Below are positions 1 through 8,349 of a stretch of DNA of 36,280 bases, one piece after another. This DNA comes from a virus. Lineage: Duplodnaviria; Caudoviricetes. Position 1 is the stretch's first letter, and each line of letters opens with the position of its first letter. The DNA lies in IMG/VR virus record IMGVR_UViG_3300016484_000734, positions 1 through 36,280 of that record, one strand, 5' to 3'. The notes under the pieces are model-generated. The model made no database searches, was not told the DNA's origin, and saw only the letters and a list, made by a program, of their open reading frames with translations. The position numbers were made by a program, and so were the translations under genes.

Positions 1-367
1 CAGAGAGTATGAGTACTTGCGCCGCTGGTTCGACTGCCGCAACGGAGATCAGTTTTCGGACGTTTGGACATTTTCGCCGCCAGCGGAGAGGCACGGGCAC
101 CCAACGGAAAAGCCAATAGAGCTAATGGCGTATCTGGTGCGGCTATCGGTTCGGCCCGGTGGCGTATGCGTTGCCCCGTTCCTTGGCAGTGGGGCAACCG
201 GCGTAGCCTGTGCGCAGCTTGGGAGGCATTTTGTCGGCATTGAGCGCGACCCGAAATACTTCGACATTGCGTGCCGACGTATAGAGCAAGCCTATAAACA
301 GGGCGTGCTGATACCTCACGATGCACCAGCAAGGCCCTCTCAAGGCGAGATGTTTGATTATGGCTAA
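1..367 (+). CDS. C-terminal part of a beta-class DNA N6-adenine/N4-cytosine methyltransferase, continued from 35605..36280 across the circular junction
   Basis: Contains SDVWTF, HPTEKP and the SAM-binding motif PFLGSGATG...FVGIE. It is in frame with the DPPY-containing ORF at the window end if the 11-nt terminal overlap is collapsed. Confidence 0.9.
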   Translation, partial: REYEYLRRWFDCRNGDQFSDVWTFSPPAERHGHPTEKPIELMAYLVRLSVRPGGVCVAPFLGSGATGVACAQLGRHFVGIERDPKYFDIACRRIEQAYKQGVLIPHDAPARPSQGEMFDYG

Positions 368-935
368 GCGCGAAAAAATAGCCCTGCGCGTCATCCAAGC
401 CAAATACCTGCACCCGCAAGCTAGGGCGCTATACCCCGCCGACAGATACAACGCTGGCCTAATGGTAAGCCGGGGGTACGACACGGGCGATTTGCTCTAT
501 GCCGATCTCCGCAAGCTGCGCAGCCGTGGGCTAAATGCCTTTCTGCACCAGGTTGCCCAGCTATGCGTGGAAAATCTGCCGGAATTCGAGGGGATGGGCG
601 CTCACCAAGCCCTGAAACGCCTGCAACTAGAGAGCGGCACGGCCTGCGATGAAATCCAGGTGGATGCGCGCCGGTATTTTGGGGAGGTTGCGCACACTCT
701 GGCCGCCTTGCCAGATGCGCAACAGCTTTCGGCGGCGTTCCAGGTAATTGGCGCGATGATCCCGGCGGGGCTGGCTTGCACGGCAAAAACGCCCCGCTCA
801 CTCTCATTCTCCACCATGGAAGAGGCCGAGTTTTTGGAGGTTGGGCGTGCAATCTGCGCCCACGTCGCCAAGGTTTATTGGCCGGGGAAAAGCGCGGAAG
901 ATGTTGAGGCGATGGCGCTTGTTTTGGAGTTGTAA
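360..935 (+). CDS. Nin-region phage protein, DUF1367-like
   Basis: ATG at 360 overlaps the MTase end. C-terminal PRSLSFSTMEEAEF resembles the DUF1367-type motif (recognised by eye). Confidence 0.55.
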   Translation: MAKREKIALRVIQAKYLHPQARALYPADRYNAGLMVSRGYDTGDLLYADLRKLRSRGLNAFLHQVAQLCVENLPEFEGMGAHQALKRLQLESGTACDEIQVDARRYFGEVAHTLAALPDAQQLSAAFQVIGAMIPAGLACTAKTPRSLSFSTMEEAEFLEVGRAICAHVAKVYWPGKSAEDVEAMALVLEL

Positions 936-960
936 AAATAGTTTGTCTTTTTGCAAACAT

Positions 961-1032
961 CGCTTGACGCGCAAAGCAAAAGGAGTAAAATGCACACATC
1001 GGACAACACAAACCACAGAGGAGACTGAGATG
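961..1032 (+). promoter_or_regulatory. Sigma70-like promoter plus leader/RBS cassette, copy A
   Basis: TTGACG(964-969)-16 nt-TAAAAT(986-991), then GAGGAG RBS and ATG at 1030. About 90% identical to 3193..3264. Confidence 0.8.
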
Positions 1033-1485
1033 AGCAAATACACGATCACCCGCAAATGCGGCCACGCAGAAACAATCCAAATTTACGGCAAGGTTTCCGG
1101 GCGCGACAACCAAGCAGCTTACGAGCAAACTAAGCTGTGCTACGAGTGCTATAAGGCAGAGCAATCCGCAAAACGTGCTGCCGAAAGCCATAATGCTGCC
1201 GAGGCTGCGAAATCTAGCGGTCTCCCCGCTTTGGTCGGCTCTGACAAGCAAATCGCATGGGCGGAAACTATCCGCGCCGCCGCTTTGGCTGAAATCGAGC
1301 CTCTGCGTGAAACGATGGAAAAAGTGCCACAAGATCATCCCAACATCAAATCAGCAAAGAGTGCGCTCGAAATCATCAATAAGGTTGCTGGGCGAGCATC
1401 TGCAAAAGATTGGATTGATACCAGGGCAACGGCATACGACCGCGCATGGTTGTCCGCCGAAACAAAAAAAGCAATGGAGACATAA
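1030..1485 (+). CDS. Hypothetical protein with CGH/CxxC motifs
   Basis: Strong RBS. CGH, CYEC and LPALVGSDKQIAWAETIR motifs are typical of small phage/plasmid proteins. Confidence 0.8.
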   Translation: MSKYTITRKCGHAETIQIYGKVSGRDNQAAYEQTKLCYECYKAEQSAKRAAESHNAAEAAKSSGLPALVGSDKQIAWAETIRAAALAEIEPLRETMEKVPQDHPNIKSAKSALEIINKVAGRASAKDWIDTRATAYDRAWLSAETKKAMET

Positions 1486-1487
1486 AA

Positions 1488-1748
1488 ATGAAAACCGTAA
1501 AACTCAGAATCACCTCGACAGGCTCCTTAATGCTGGCAAATCCAATGGCAGCCACAGGATCAAAAAATCTTACCTACGCTATCGTGAATGTGCCTGACGA
1601 TGTTGCCGGAAGCGCCGTATTGCGCCAAGCAAGCAAAATATGTTTTGCTCACGCCCATGATGATGATGAGGCATACAGCTACGACTGGGGCGACATCTGC
1701 GACAAAAAGGTCGGGGCGATAATAAAGCTACAAAAACTAAAGATATGA
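1488..1748 (+). CDS. Hypothetical protein
   Basis: GGAG RBS before ATG 1488. Tightly packed, with an ATGA overlap onto the next gene. Confidence 0.65.
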   Translation: MKTVKLRITSTGSLMLANPMAATGSKNLTYAIVNVPDDVAGSAVLRQASKICFAHAHDDDEAYSYDWGDICDKKVGAIIKLQKLKI

Positions 1749-2230
1749 GCAAATGGAACTACGCCAAATCCGAGCATAACGCCTTATTCTGGGGAATTTT
1801 TGACGGCGATGGAACACGCAGGGGGGCGACACAATCCGATGCGGATGCCCGCATGATCGTGGATTGTGTGAACGCCTACCACGGCGCAGACAGCAGCGCC
1901 GTGGTGCGAACATTGAAGCGATACAACGATTGGAGACTGGGGGCGGAAATTGAGCAACCAGACCCGAAGGAAATAAGCAGGGCCATCATCGAGGCAATCA
2001 GCATGTTGGAGCGCATGGTTAAGCCTATCCGCAACGATGACGACTATGCCGATGCTCTTGCACGATTTGGCGAGATTATGGATGCGTGCCAGCATAACAG
2101 CGATGAGGCGCTCGTGTTGTCTGCGGTAATAGACAAATACGAGGCTGGCAACTACGACGACGACGAGCCGCGCAAAGAGGTTATCCCCGGTACGCTGGCA
2201 GGACTGGGAAGCCTGAAAATTACCAAGTGA
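1745..2230 (+). CDS. Mosaic protein ending in a HigA antitoxin-like N-terminal (toxin-binding) domain
   Basis: Residues from nt 2015, MVKPIRNDDDYADALARFGEIMDA...DEALVLSAVIDKYE, resemble the HigA N-terminus. No HTH follows. Confidence 0.65.
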   Translation: MSKWNYAKSEHNALFWGIFDGDGTRRGATQSDADARMIVDCVNAYHGADSSAVVRTLKRYNDWRLGAEIEQPDPKEISRAIIEAISMLERMVKPIRNDDDYADALARFGEIMDACQHNSDEALVLSAVIDKYEAGNYDDDEPRKEVIPGTLAGLGSLKITK

Positions 2231-2237
2231 GGAAAAA

Positions 2238-2558
2238 ATGACACGAGCCACAATCATTACTAAGCTGACGGACGGGGGTGGCAAAAGAGCTTTTCGCTTT
2301 GGCGAAATCGTCTTTGCTTTAGGCGCGTACTACAAAGGCTTCGACCCAGAAGAAAAAGAAGCCATACTGGATGATGCCCGCGAATCCCTTGCCATTGCAG
2401 AATACCGAAAAGCCGTTGATTTGCTGACAATCAACTGCCACACACCAGCCGGACAGGCGTTTGGCTTGAATGGCTGGACTTTCGTCAGGGATGATACAAT
2501 TTCCGCTTTTGTCGAGGAGTTGAAGTATTACGGCGGGTTCGCCTCTGGGGGGAAATAG
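2238..2558 (+). CDS. Hypothetical protein
   Basis: GAGG RBS and operon packing. Confidence 0.7.
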   Translation: MTRATIITKLTDGGGKRAFRFGEIVFALGAYYKGFDPEEKEAILDDARESLAIAEYRKAVDLLTINCHTPAGQAFGLNGWTFVRDDTISAFVEELKYYGGFASGGK

Positions 2559-3175
2559 TGACAGCACCAAAACCTCGCCGTCGAGCATGCAAACAGTGCA
2601 AAACGCTATTCCACCCGCCAGCACCACGCGAAGAGGATGGGCGCACCATTTACCCTATGCCGTGGGAAAAAACCTATTGCAGCTCGGCGTGTGCGGCGGA
2701 ATGGGCAAGTGAAAACATCCAGGCCGTGCGCGAGACTGTAGCCAAGGCGAAAAGCCTGGAGGTGAAGCGCGCCAAACGCGCCGCCAAAGTGGATACGCTT
2801 GCGTATTGGGAAGGGAAGCACACTGAGTACCTGCACAAGTGGGTGCGAGAGGTGCGAGACTTAAACAAGCCGTGCGTATCTTGTGGCAGATCGTGGGCGG
2901 ATGAGTGGCATGCCGGGCATTTTATCAATGCGGGCAATCACGCCGAAATCCGGCACGAGCCGGACAACATCCACAAGCAGTGCAGCCAGTGCAACACGCA
3001 TCTATCTGGCAACTTGGTGCCGTACCGCGAGGAATTGATCCGGCGAATCGGCCTTGAGCGCGTGGAGTGGCTAGAGTTGAACAAGGGCGCACACCGCACA
3101 ACCAAGCTGCCGATGCAACATCATCGAGAGCTGGCGGAAAAGTACAGGATGTTGTGCGCCGATAAAAAAAGATGA
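2558..3175 (+). CDS. ninG: NinG/Rap-family recombination endonuclease
   Basis: N-terminal CxxC...YCSxxC, then VRD..KPCVSCG, WHAGHF, NIHKQCSQCN.HLSGN..YR..LI.RIG.ERVEWLE. Confidence 0.9.
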   Translation: MTAPKPRRRACKQCKTLFHPPAPREEDGRTIYPMPWEKTYCSSACAAEWASENIQAVRETVAKAKSLEVKRAKRAAKVDTLAYWEGKHTEYLHKWVREVRDLNKPCVSCGRSWADEWHAGHFINAGNHAEIRHEPDNIHKQCSQCNTHLSGNLVPYREELIRRIGLERVEWLELNKGAHRTTKLPMQHHRELAEKYRMLCADKKR

Positions 3176-3192
3176 AAATAATTGCGCAAAAC

Positions 3193-3264
3193 CGCTTGAC
3201 GCGCAAAGCAAAAGGAGCAAAATACACACATCGCCAAACACAAACCACAAAGGAGACTGAAATG
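3193..3264 (+). promoter_or_regulatory. Sigma70-like promoter plus leader/RBS cassette, copy B
   Basis: TTGACG(3196-3201)-16 nt-CAAAAT, then AAGGAG RBS and ATG at 3262. Direct repeat of 961..1032 with 7 mismatches. Confidence 0.75.
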
Positions 3265-3501
3265 AAGCAAAGCTTGGCAAAGTCAATTCAAAACGCCCGC
3301 AAAGCTGGATATGTTGTTAAGTTGTTCAAAGGGGATGATGGAGGACGTTTTGCTATAGCGTCAAAAGGGAAGCGCGTTTTTCTTCTGGACAGAGTAGGAA
3401 ATGACCCATCACCTAATGAGGTGGAGGCTGCGATCTTGAGCATGGGATTCAAAAAGTCGAAAGACAAGCGTCGGGCAGCCTTTGGGTACATAAAGGCTTG
3501 A
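3262..3501 (+). CDS. Hypothetical basic protein
   Basis: AAGGAG RBS within cassette B. The longer ORF from 3172 only reads through the promoter. Confidence 0.7.
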   Translation: MKQSLAKSIQNARKAGYVVKLFKGDDGGRFAIASKGKRVFLLDRVGNDPSPNEVEAAILSMGFKKSKDKRRAAFGYIKA

Positions 3502-3508
3502 GCGATAA

Positions 3509-3757
3509 ATGAAACTGATTTTGCAATCGCTGGTAGCTTTTTTTCGGTTCGGGACGATCACCTATGAGGTGACGGACATAACAGCGGGGCACATATTCGA
3601 GGTAGCCTATTACGACTCAGGCGACCGCCTGATAGGCGTGTGGTTTGCCGGGCAATTTGTGCCAAAATTGCCGTTTCAAGGCCCGCAAAACATATTTTTC
3701 ATTCGGGAGAGGACAATGACTGTTGATCGCATCCCAGCGCGACGACGGCGACTATGA
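3509..3757 (+). CDS. Hypothetical protein
   Basis: ORF in operon position. The 3' end may be affected by a frameshift near 3716-3723. Confidence 0.55.
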   Translation: MKLILQSLVAFFRFGTITYEVTDITAGHIFEVAYYDSGDRLIGVWFAGQFVPKLPFQGPQNIFFIRERTMTVDRIPARRRRL

Positions 3758-3959
3758 TGTGCTGACGGCAATCAGCCAAGACACGCTAGGTGCAGATCGT
3801 GCAGCCAGCATTGCAAAGCACGCGTGGGGGGGCGCTGGCGATTTGGAAGGATGGTCTGATTATTATAGAGTGGGACGGGACGTTCCAGACGTAATCAGCT
3901 TGCGGTGTCGGGATGTTGTGGACGTGTCTCGTCAGGTAATTTTGGGCATGTGGAAATGA
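3723..3959 (+). CDS. Hypothetical protein, start uncertain or frameshifted
   Basis: The RBS and ATG at 3716 are out of frame with this ORF. Its stop overlaps ATG 3956. Confidence 0.4.
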   Translation: MIASQRDDGDYDVLTAISQDTLGADRAASIAKHAWGGAGDLEGWSDYYRVGRDVPDVISLRCRDVVDVSRQVILGMWK

Positions 3960-4168
3960 AAAAAGAGCCTGTATTTGTCAACAAGTTGGGGCATCACCAT
4001 GTCCCGTTAATCGACGATCCGCACAAGGCCGACGAAGCGGGTAGCGAGGTTGTTCGCGCAGGGGTGATTGATTGGTTCCGCAACACCATCGAAAGCCGCT
4101 GCAACTCCCCGCACACGCCCATCATCGTGATTATGCAGCGATTGCACGAAGAGTATTTGAGGCGTTAG
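3956..4168 (+). CDS. 70-aa mini-protein containing an exact 48-aa copy of the TerL Walker-B region
   Basis: ATGA-coupled start. IDDPHKADEAG...IVIMQRLHEE is identical in amino acids to TerL. Confidence 0.6.
   Translation: MKKEPVFVNKLGHHHVPLIDDPHKADEAGSEVVRAGVIDWFRNTIESRCNSPHTPIIVIMQRLHEEYLRR
4008..4153 (+). repeat. 146-bp direct repeat of terL 5455..5600
   Basis: 7 mismatches, all at synonymous third codon positions. Confidence 0.97.
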
Positions 4169-4345
4169 GGCATGAGGTGTGGAGTAGCGCCTGGTGAAAA
4201 TCGTGCAAAAGACCGAAGCCGAACATATCAAGGCATTGCAAACGCTTGGGCAAGCCAATGGGGAGGCGAAGGCATTCAAGATGTGACTGGACGCCGGGAA
4301 AGCGTGCGACCTAAAAAGCAATCCACAATTTTCGACATACTCTGA
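4150..4345 (+). pseudogene. Internally deleted remnant of a phage DNA cytosine-methyltransferase-like gene
   Basis: RVFEALGHEVWS (family N-terminal-like) is joined out of frame to APGENRAKDRSRTYQGIANAWASQWG (family C-terminal-like). A 57-aa ORF runs 4172..4345. Confidence 0.55.
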
Positions 4346-4423
4346 GCGGATAGCTTACCGGGCTGTATGGATGGCTGGAATGAAACAGAAACCATAAACC
4401 CCCGCCTAGGATAAAATCACGCC

Positions 4424-4972
4424 ATGGCATACTCCAAAGAAGAATGGGCAAAGGTACGCGGATTTTTTGAATGCGGCCTGACTCCAGGCGAAATCACTAA
4501 GCGCGAGGACGTGGAAATAAAAGATCGCGCCCTCATCCATCGTCGCGCCCAGAAGGAAGGCTGGGCAAAGGGCGAGAAAACAGCACTTTTGGAAAAAGAA
4601 GTTAAAGCGCGTCAAGCTGTTGCCGAAATAAAACAGCAAAAACAGCAGCTAAAAAACAGCGGACAGGATGGTGCTGTTTTTGCAATCGAACAGCTTGTTA
4701 GGGAGCGCACGCAAGATATACAGACCTACCACGGCGGGAGCAGGTATCTTGCAAAGCGCGCACTTGCAAAAATACAAAACAAGTCAGACGAAGATTTGAC
4801 CATGACCGAACTTGTACAGGCGCAGGCGGTGCTATCAAAGGGGCAGGAAACAATTTACGGCAAGTCGCCGGAAGTCGTGATAAACAACAGCGCGCAGGCG
4901 GGAGCTATATCGGCAAATATCGACTTGGATGCCTTGGACAAAGCACGCGCCAAAATCCTGGACGATGTTTAA
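4424..4972 (+). CDS. terS: Terminase small subunit
   Basis: N-terminal HTH-like segment (W...R..FE.G...I.RRA.KEGW). Directly upstream of, and overlapping, terL. Confidence 0.75.
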   Translation: MAYSKEEWAKVRGFFECGLTPGEITKREDVEIKDRALIHRRAQKEGWAKGEKTALLEKEVKARQAVAEIKQQKQQLKNSGQDGAVFAIEQLVRERTQDIQTYHGGSRYLAKRALAKIQNKSDEDLTMTELVQAQAVLSKGQETIYGKSPEVVINNSAQAGAISANIDLDALDKARAKILDDV

Positions 4973-6356
4973 CTACGAAAACCTAGCGCGCATTGCCGAG
5001 GCGCGTGGAAGCCTCTACTACTTTTCGCGCCTGATGTTCAAACGGCGGCGCGGGTACAACTGGCTACGGGCAGCGCACCACAAGCAAATATGCGATGCGT
5101 TGGAGCGGGTTTATAACGGCCAATGCCGCCGACTGATTATCAACATCCCCCCGCGATACTCAAAGACCGAGCTTGCCGTTGTTAATTTTGCAGCATGGGC
5201 AATGGGCAAAGCCCCAGATTCGGAATTCATCCACGCGTCATACTCTTCAAATCTTGCCGTTAACAATAGCAAGCAGGTGCGCGACCTCATGCAGCATGAG
5301 GCTTATGCGGAGGTATTCGCCACTCGCCTTGAGGGGGAGGCAAAAAGCCACTGGACGACATCCGGCGGCGGCGTCATGTACGCTACCGGGGCAGGTGGTA
5401 CTATTACCGGCTTTGGCGCTGGTAAGCAGCGGGATGGATTTGGCGGAGCAATCATAATCGACGATCCGCACAAGGCTGACGAAGCGGGTAGCGAGGTTGT
5501 TCGCGCGGGGGTGATTGACTGGTTTCGCAACACAATCGAAAGCCGCTGCAACTCCCCGCACACCCCTATCATCGTGATTATGCAGCGATTGCACGAAGAG
5601 GATTTAAGCGGGTGGCTGTTGGCTGGGGGTAACGGGGAAAAATGGGAGCATTTGTGCATCCCGGCAATCACCGACGATGGCGCAGCACTATGGCCTGAAA
5701 AGCACAGCATCGAACGGTTGCGCATGATGCAGGACGTTTCGCCATACGTTTTCGCGGGGCAGTACATGCAAAGACCATCCCCGTTAGAAGGCGGCGAAAT
5801 CAAGCCGCACCGTATGCCGATTATCGACGCGCTACCCGCTGGGCAGGCAATCACATGGGCGCGGGGGTGGGACTTTGCCGCGACAGTTGATGGGGATTTC
5901 ACGGTAGGCGCGAAGCTGGGTGCTCTGAAAGATGGGCGATTCGTCATTGCGGACATTGTTCGGGGCCAATGGACAAGCGACGACCGAGATGCGGTTATGC
6001 GCCAGACCGCCAAAATGGACGGCGGCAATTGTCGCCAGCTTTGTCCGCAAGACCCAGGGCAAGCCGGGAAGGTACAAAGTCTTTACATTGCCAGGATGCT
6101 TGCGGGCTTCGCCGTGGAATTCTCGCCTGAATCCGGCGACAAAATGGCACGCGCCCGCCCGCTGGCCGCTCAAATAAACGTGGGCAATGTGTTGCTTTTG
6201 CGCGGCGAATGGAATAAGGGTATGATAGAGGAACTCGCCATGTTTCCCAATGGCAAGCACGATGACCAAGTTGACGCGCTTTCTCGCGCTTTTAGTGCTA
6301 CGATGAACGCGACAACTGGAATTCTCGATTATCTAAGCAGTCTGAGGGCAAATTGA
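4965..6356 (+). CDS. terL: Terminase large subunit
   Basis: Walker A region INIPPRYSKT, Walker B IIIDDP, coupling motif IMQRLHE, nuclease motifs WDFA and HDDQVDA. Confidence 0.97.
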   Translation: MFNYENLARIAEARGSLYYFSRLMFKRRRGYNWLRAAHHKQICDALERVYNGQCRRLIINIPPRYSKTELAVVNFAAWAMGKAPDSEFIHASYSSNLAVNNSKQVRDLMQHEAYAEVFATRLEGEAKSHWTTSGGGVMYATGAGGTITGFGAGKQRDGFGGAIIIDDPHKADEAGSEVVRAGVIDWFRNTIESRCNSPHTPIIVIMQRLHEEDLSGWLLAGGNGEKWEHLCIPAITDDGAALWPEKHSIERLRMMQDVSPYVFAGQYMQRPSPLEGGEIKPHRMPIIDALPAGQAITWARGWDFAATVDGDFTVGAKLGALKDGRFVIADIVRGQWTSDDRDAVMRQTAKMDGGNCRQLCPQDPGQAGKVQSLYIARMLAGFAVEFSPESGDKMARARPLAAQINVGNVLLLRGEWNKGMIEELAMFPNGKHDDQVDALSRAFSATMNATTGILDYLSSLRAN

Positions 6357-8344
6357 GCGAACCCATCCGCACACCGATTGAACAAAACCTGATTGAACGA
6401 ATCAGCGGAGCGGTGCGCGGCGCAGTTTCGGGCTGGATGAGTCCGGGATTGCCTCTTCGCCCTGTTGTACCTGAATCCCAAAAGCAAGATGTTGAGGGCC
6501 GGGCATTCGATTACCCGGTTGCTTACAACATTGTCCAAGCTCCCCGCCGTGATCACGCCATCACATTCTCGACGCTTCGCGGAATGGCGGACGGATACGA
6601 TCTGATGCGCCTGATTATCGAAACCCGCAAGGATCAAATCGGGACTCTGGATTGGGCAATCACCGACAAAAACGGGAAAGAGCATGCCGAGGCTTCCGCG
6701 TTTTTTGCATCACCTGACAAGGAAAACGCCTTTTCCGATTGGGTGCGAATGCTGGTGGAAGAAGTGTTGGTGACGGATGCTGCGACCATTTACCCGCGCC
6801 TCACCAATGGCGGGAAGTTGTACAGCCTTGACTTGCTGGATGGGGCTACAATCAGCCCGAAAATCAACATTTTAGGCCGCAAGCCTTTGCCCCCTGAAAC
6901 GGCCTATCAGCAAGTACTCAAAGGCTTGCCCGCTGTTGATTACACCAGCGACGAACTGCTGTACATGCCGCGCAACAAGCGCGTTCACAAGGTGTACGGA
7001 TTTTCGCCAGTTGAGCAAGTAATCACCACGGTTAACATCGCCCTGCGCCGCCAAACGTCGCAACTCCAATACTTCACCGAAGGCTCTACGCCTGATCTTA
7101 TCCTGTCTGTCCCAGAAAACTGGAACTCATCGCAGATTGCAGACCTGTCCCGATATTGGAATGACGCACTAAGCGGGAACACTGCCGAGCGTCGGGGCAC
7201 GAAGTTTTTACCCGGTGGGGTTTCAATTATCAACACTAAGGACACGGTGCTTAAAGATCAGTTCGACGAATGGCTGGCACGTGTTGTTTGCTTTGCGTTT
7301 TCGGTAGCGCCTGAGCCATTCATCGCTCAGGTAAACCGGGCAACAGCCGAAACATCCGCTATGCGCGCAGAAAAAGAAGGCATCATGCCTCTGGCGCAGT
7401 GGCTGGAAGAGCAAATCAACCGGATTATTGCGGTGCATTTTCCGGGGGCAAAATTCGCGTGGCAGATGAACAGGGAAATCGACCCGCTGAAACAGGCGCA
7501 GATTGATCAGACCTATATCGCCGCTGGGGTTTATACACCCCGCCATGTCGCGGAACGCATGGGCATCGAATTTGAAGAGCCGGAAGCGCAACAAACGGCA
7601 ACTGCCCCAGCCGATGCCCCAGCCGAAAAGCTGGCGAAGGGAAGCGGTAAAGAATCCCCACGCATCAAGAAATTGACCAAGGTGCTGCATGCAAACCTGC
7701 AAAAGGTAGCGGCCTTCGTGCTTGGGGATGTTGGCAAGGCCGATGATACAACATACAGCGGCATCCTCGACCGGCTGAATAAAGTGGATTGGATGGTGGC
7801 AGTCGAAGGAATAGACCGCATTCTGTCGGACGAATTTTTATCAGGTGCGAGCGTAGCAGTTGCACAAGTCGGGGCGGTGTCTTTCGACCTCCCCGAAACA
7901 TCGTTGGAGTTCGCGCAGGAGCGTGCCGCTGAACTGGTAGGCATGCGCCGTGTAGGTGGCGAACTTGTGCCCAACCCTAACGCACAATGGCGGATCGACG
8001 AAACTACCCGCGAAGAGGTTCGCGCAAAAGTGGCCTTAGCTATCGAAGAAGGCTGGGGCGCGGGTGTGCTGGCGGGGACAATGCTAGAGGGGCCGTTCGG
8101 CGCATGGCGTTCCGAAACAATCGCACGCACAGAATTGGCATTTTCTCACGTCGCCGGTGCTAAGGAGGTGTGGAAGAATTCGGGCGTTGTTGCCGGAACT
8201 GAATGGCTTGCCCATGCTGAATGCTGCGATGAATGTCAGGCAATGAACGGCAAGAAGGCCGGGCTGGATGGTGTTTTTGAGGGTGGCGAGGAAGTACCCA
8301 AGCACCCGAATTGCCGCTGCACCCTTCTGCCAATTTTGGAGTAA
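6353..8344 (+). CDS. Portal protein fused to a C-terminal Mu gpF/SPP1 gp7-like head morphogenesis domain
   Basis: Portal motifs YGFSPVEQ and DEWLARVVCFAFSV. C-terminal IARTE, CCDEC and PKHPNCRC. Confidence 0.9.
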   Translation: MSEPIRTPIEQNLIERISGAVRGAVSGWMSPGLPLRPVVPESQKQDVEGRAFDYPVAYNIVQAPRRDHAITFSTLRGMADGYDLMRLIIETRKDQIGTLDWAITDKNGKEHAEASAFFASPDKENAFSDWVRMLVEEVLVTDAATIYPRLTNGGKLYSLDLLDGATISPKINILGRKPLPPETAYQQVLKGLPAVDYTSDELLYMPRNKRVHKVYGFSPVEQVITTVNIALRRQTSQLQYFTEGSTPDLILSVPENWNSSQIADLSRYWNDALSGNTAERRGTKFLPGGVSIINTKDTVLKDQFDEWLARVVCFAFSVAPEPFIAQVNRATAETSAMRAEKEGIMPLAQWLEEQINRIIAVHFPGAKFAWQMNREIDPLKQAQIDQTYIAAGVYTPRHVAERMGIEFEEPEAQQTATAPADAPAEKLAKGSGKESPRIKKLTKVLHANLQKVAAFVLGDVGKADDTTYSGILDRLNKVDWMVAVEGIDRILSDEFLSGASVAVAQVGAVSFDLPETSLEFAQERAAELVGMRRVGGELVPNPNAQWRIDETTREEVRAKVALAIEEGWGAGVLAGTMLEGPFGAWRSETIARTELAFSHVAGAKEVWKNSGVVAGTEWLAHAECCDECQAMNGKKAGLDGVFEGGEEVPKHPNCRCTLLPILE

Positions 8345-8349
8345 ACACA

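Noticed and set aside
841-3501. Shared peptides RLTRKAKG.K.THR (ORFs 841.. and 3172..) and MLILLYMQSVLSDNACTLT (ORFs ..26453 and ..27139)
   Set aside because: They are translations of the duplicated promoter cassettes. The real starts lie downstream, after the RBS.
4148-4168. EYLRR at the end of the terminase-fragment ORF matching the EYLRR repeat of the methyltransferase
   Set aside because: The codons differ (gag tat ttg agg cgt vs gag tac ttg cgc aga), and the segment is better explained as another frame of the methylase-like remnant. Probably coincidence.
4008-5600. Diversity-generating retroelement (template/variable repeat pair)
   Set aside because: The mismatches are not adenine-specific, all are silent, and no reverse transcriptase gene is present.
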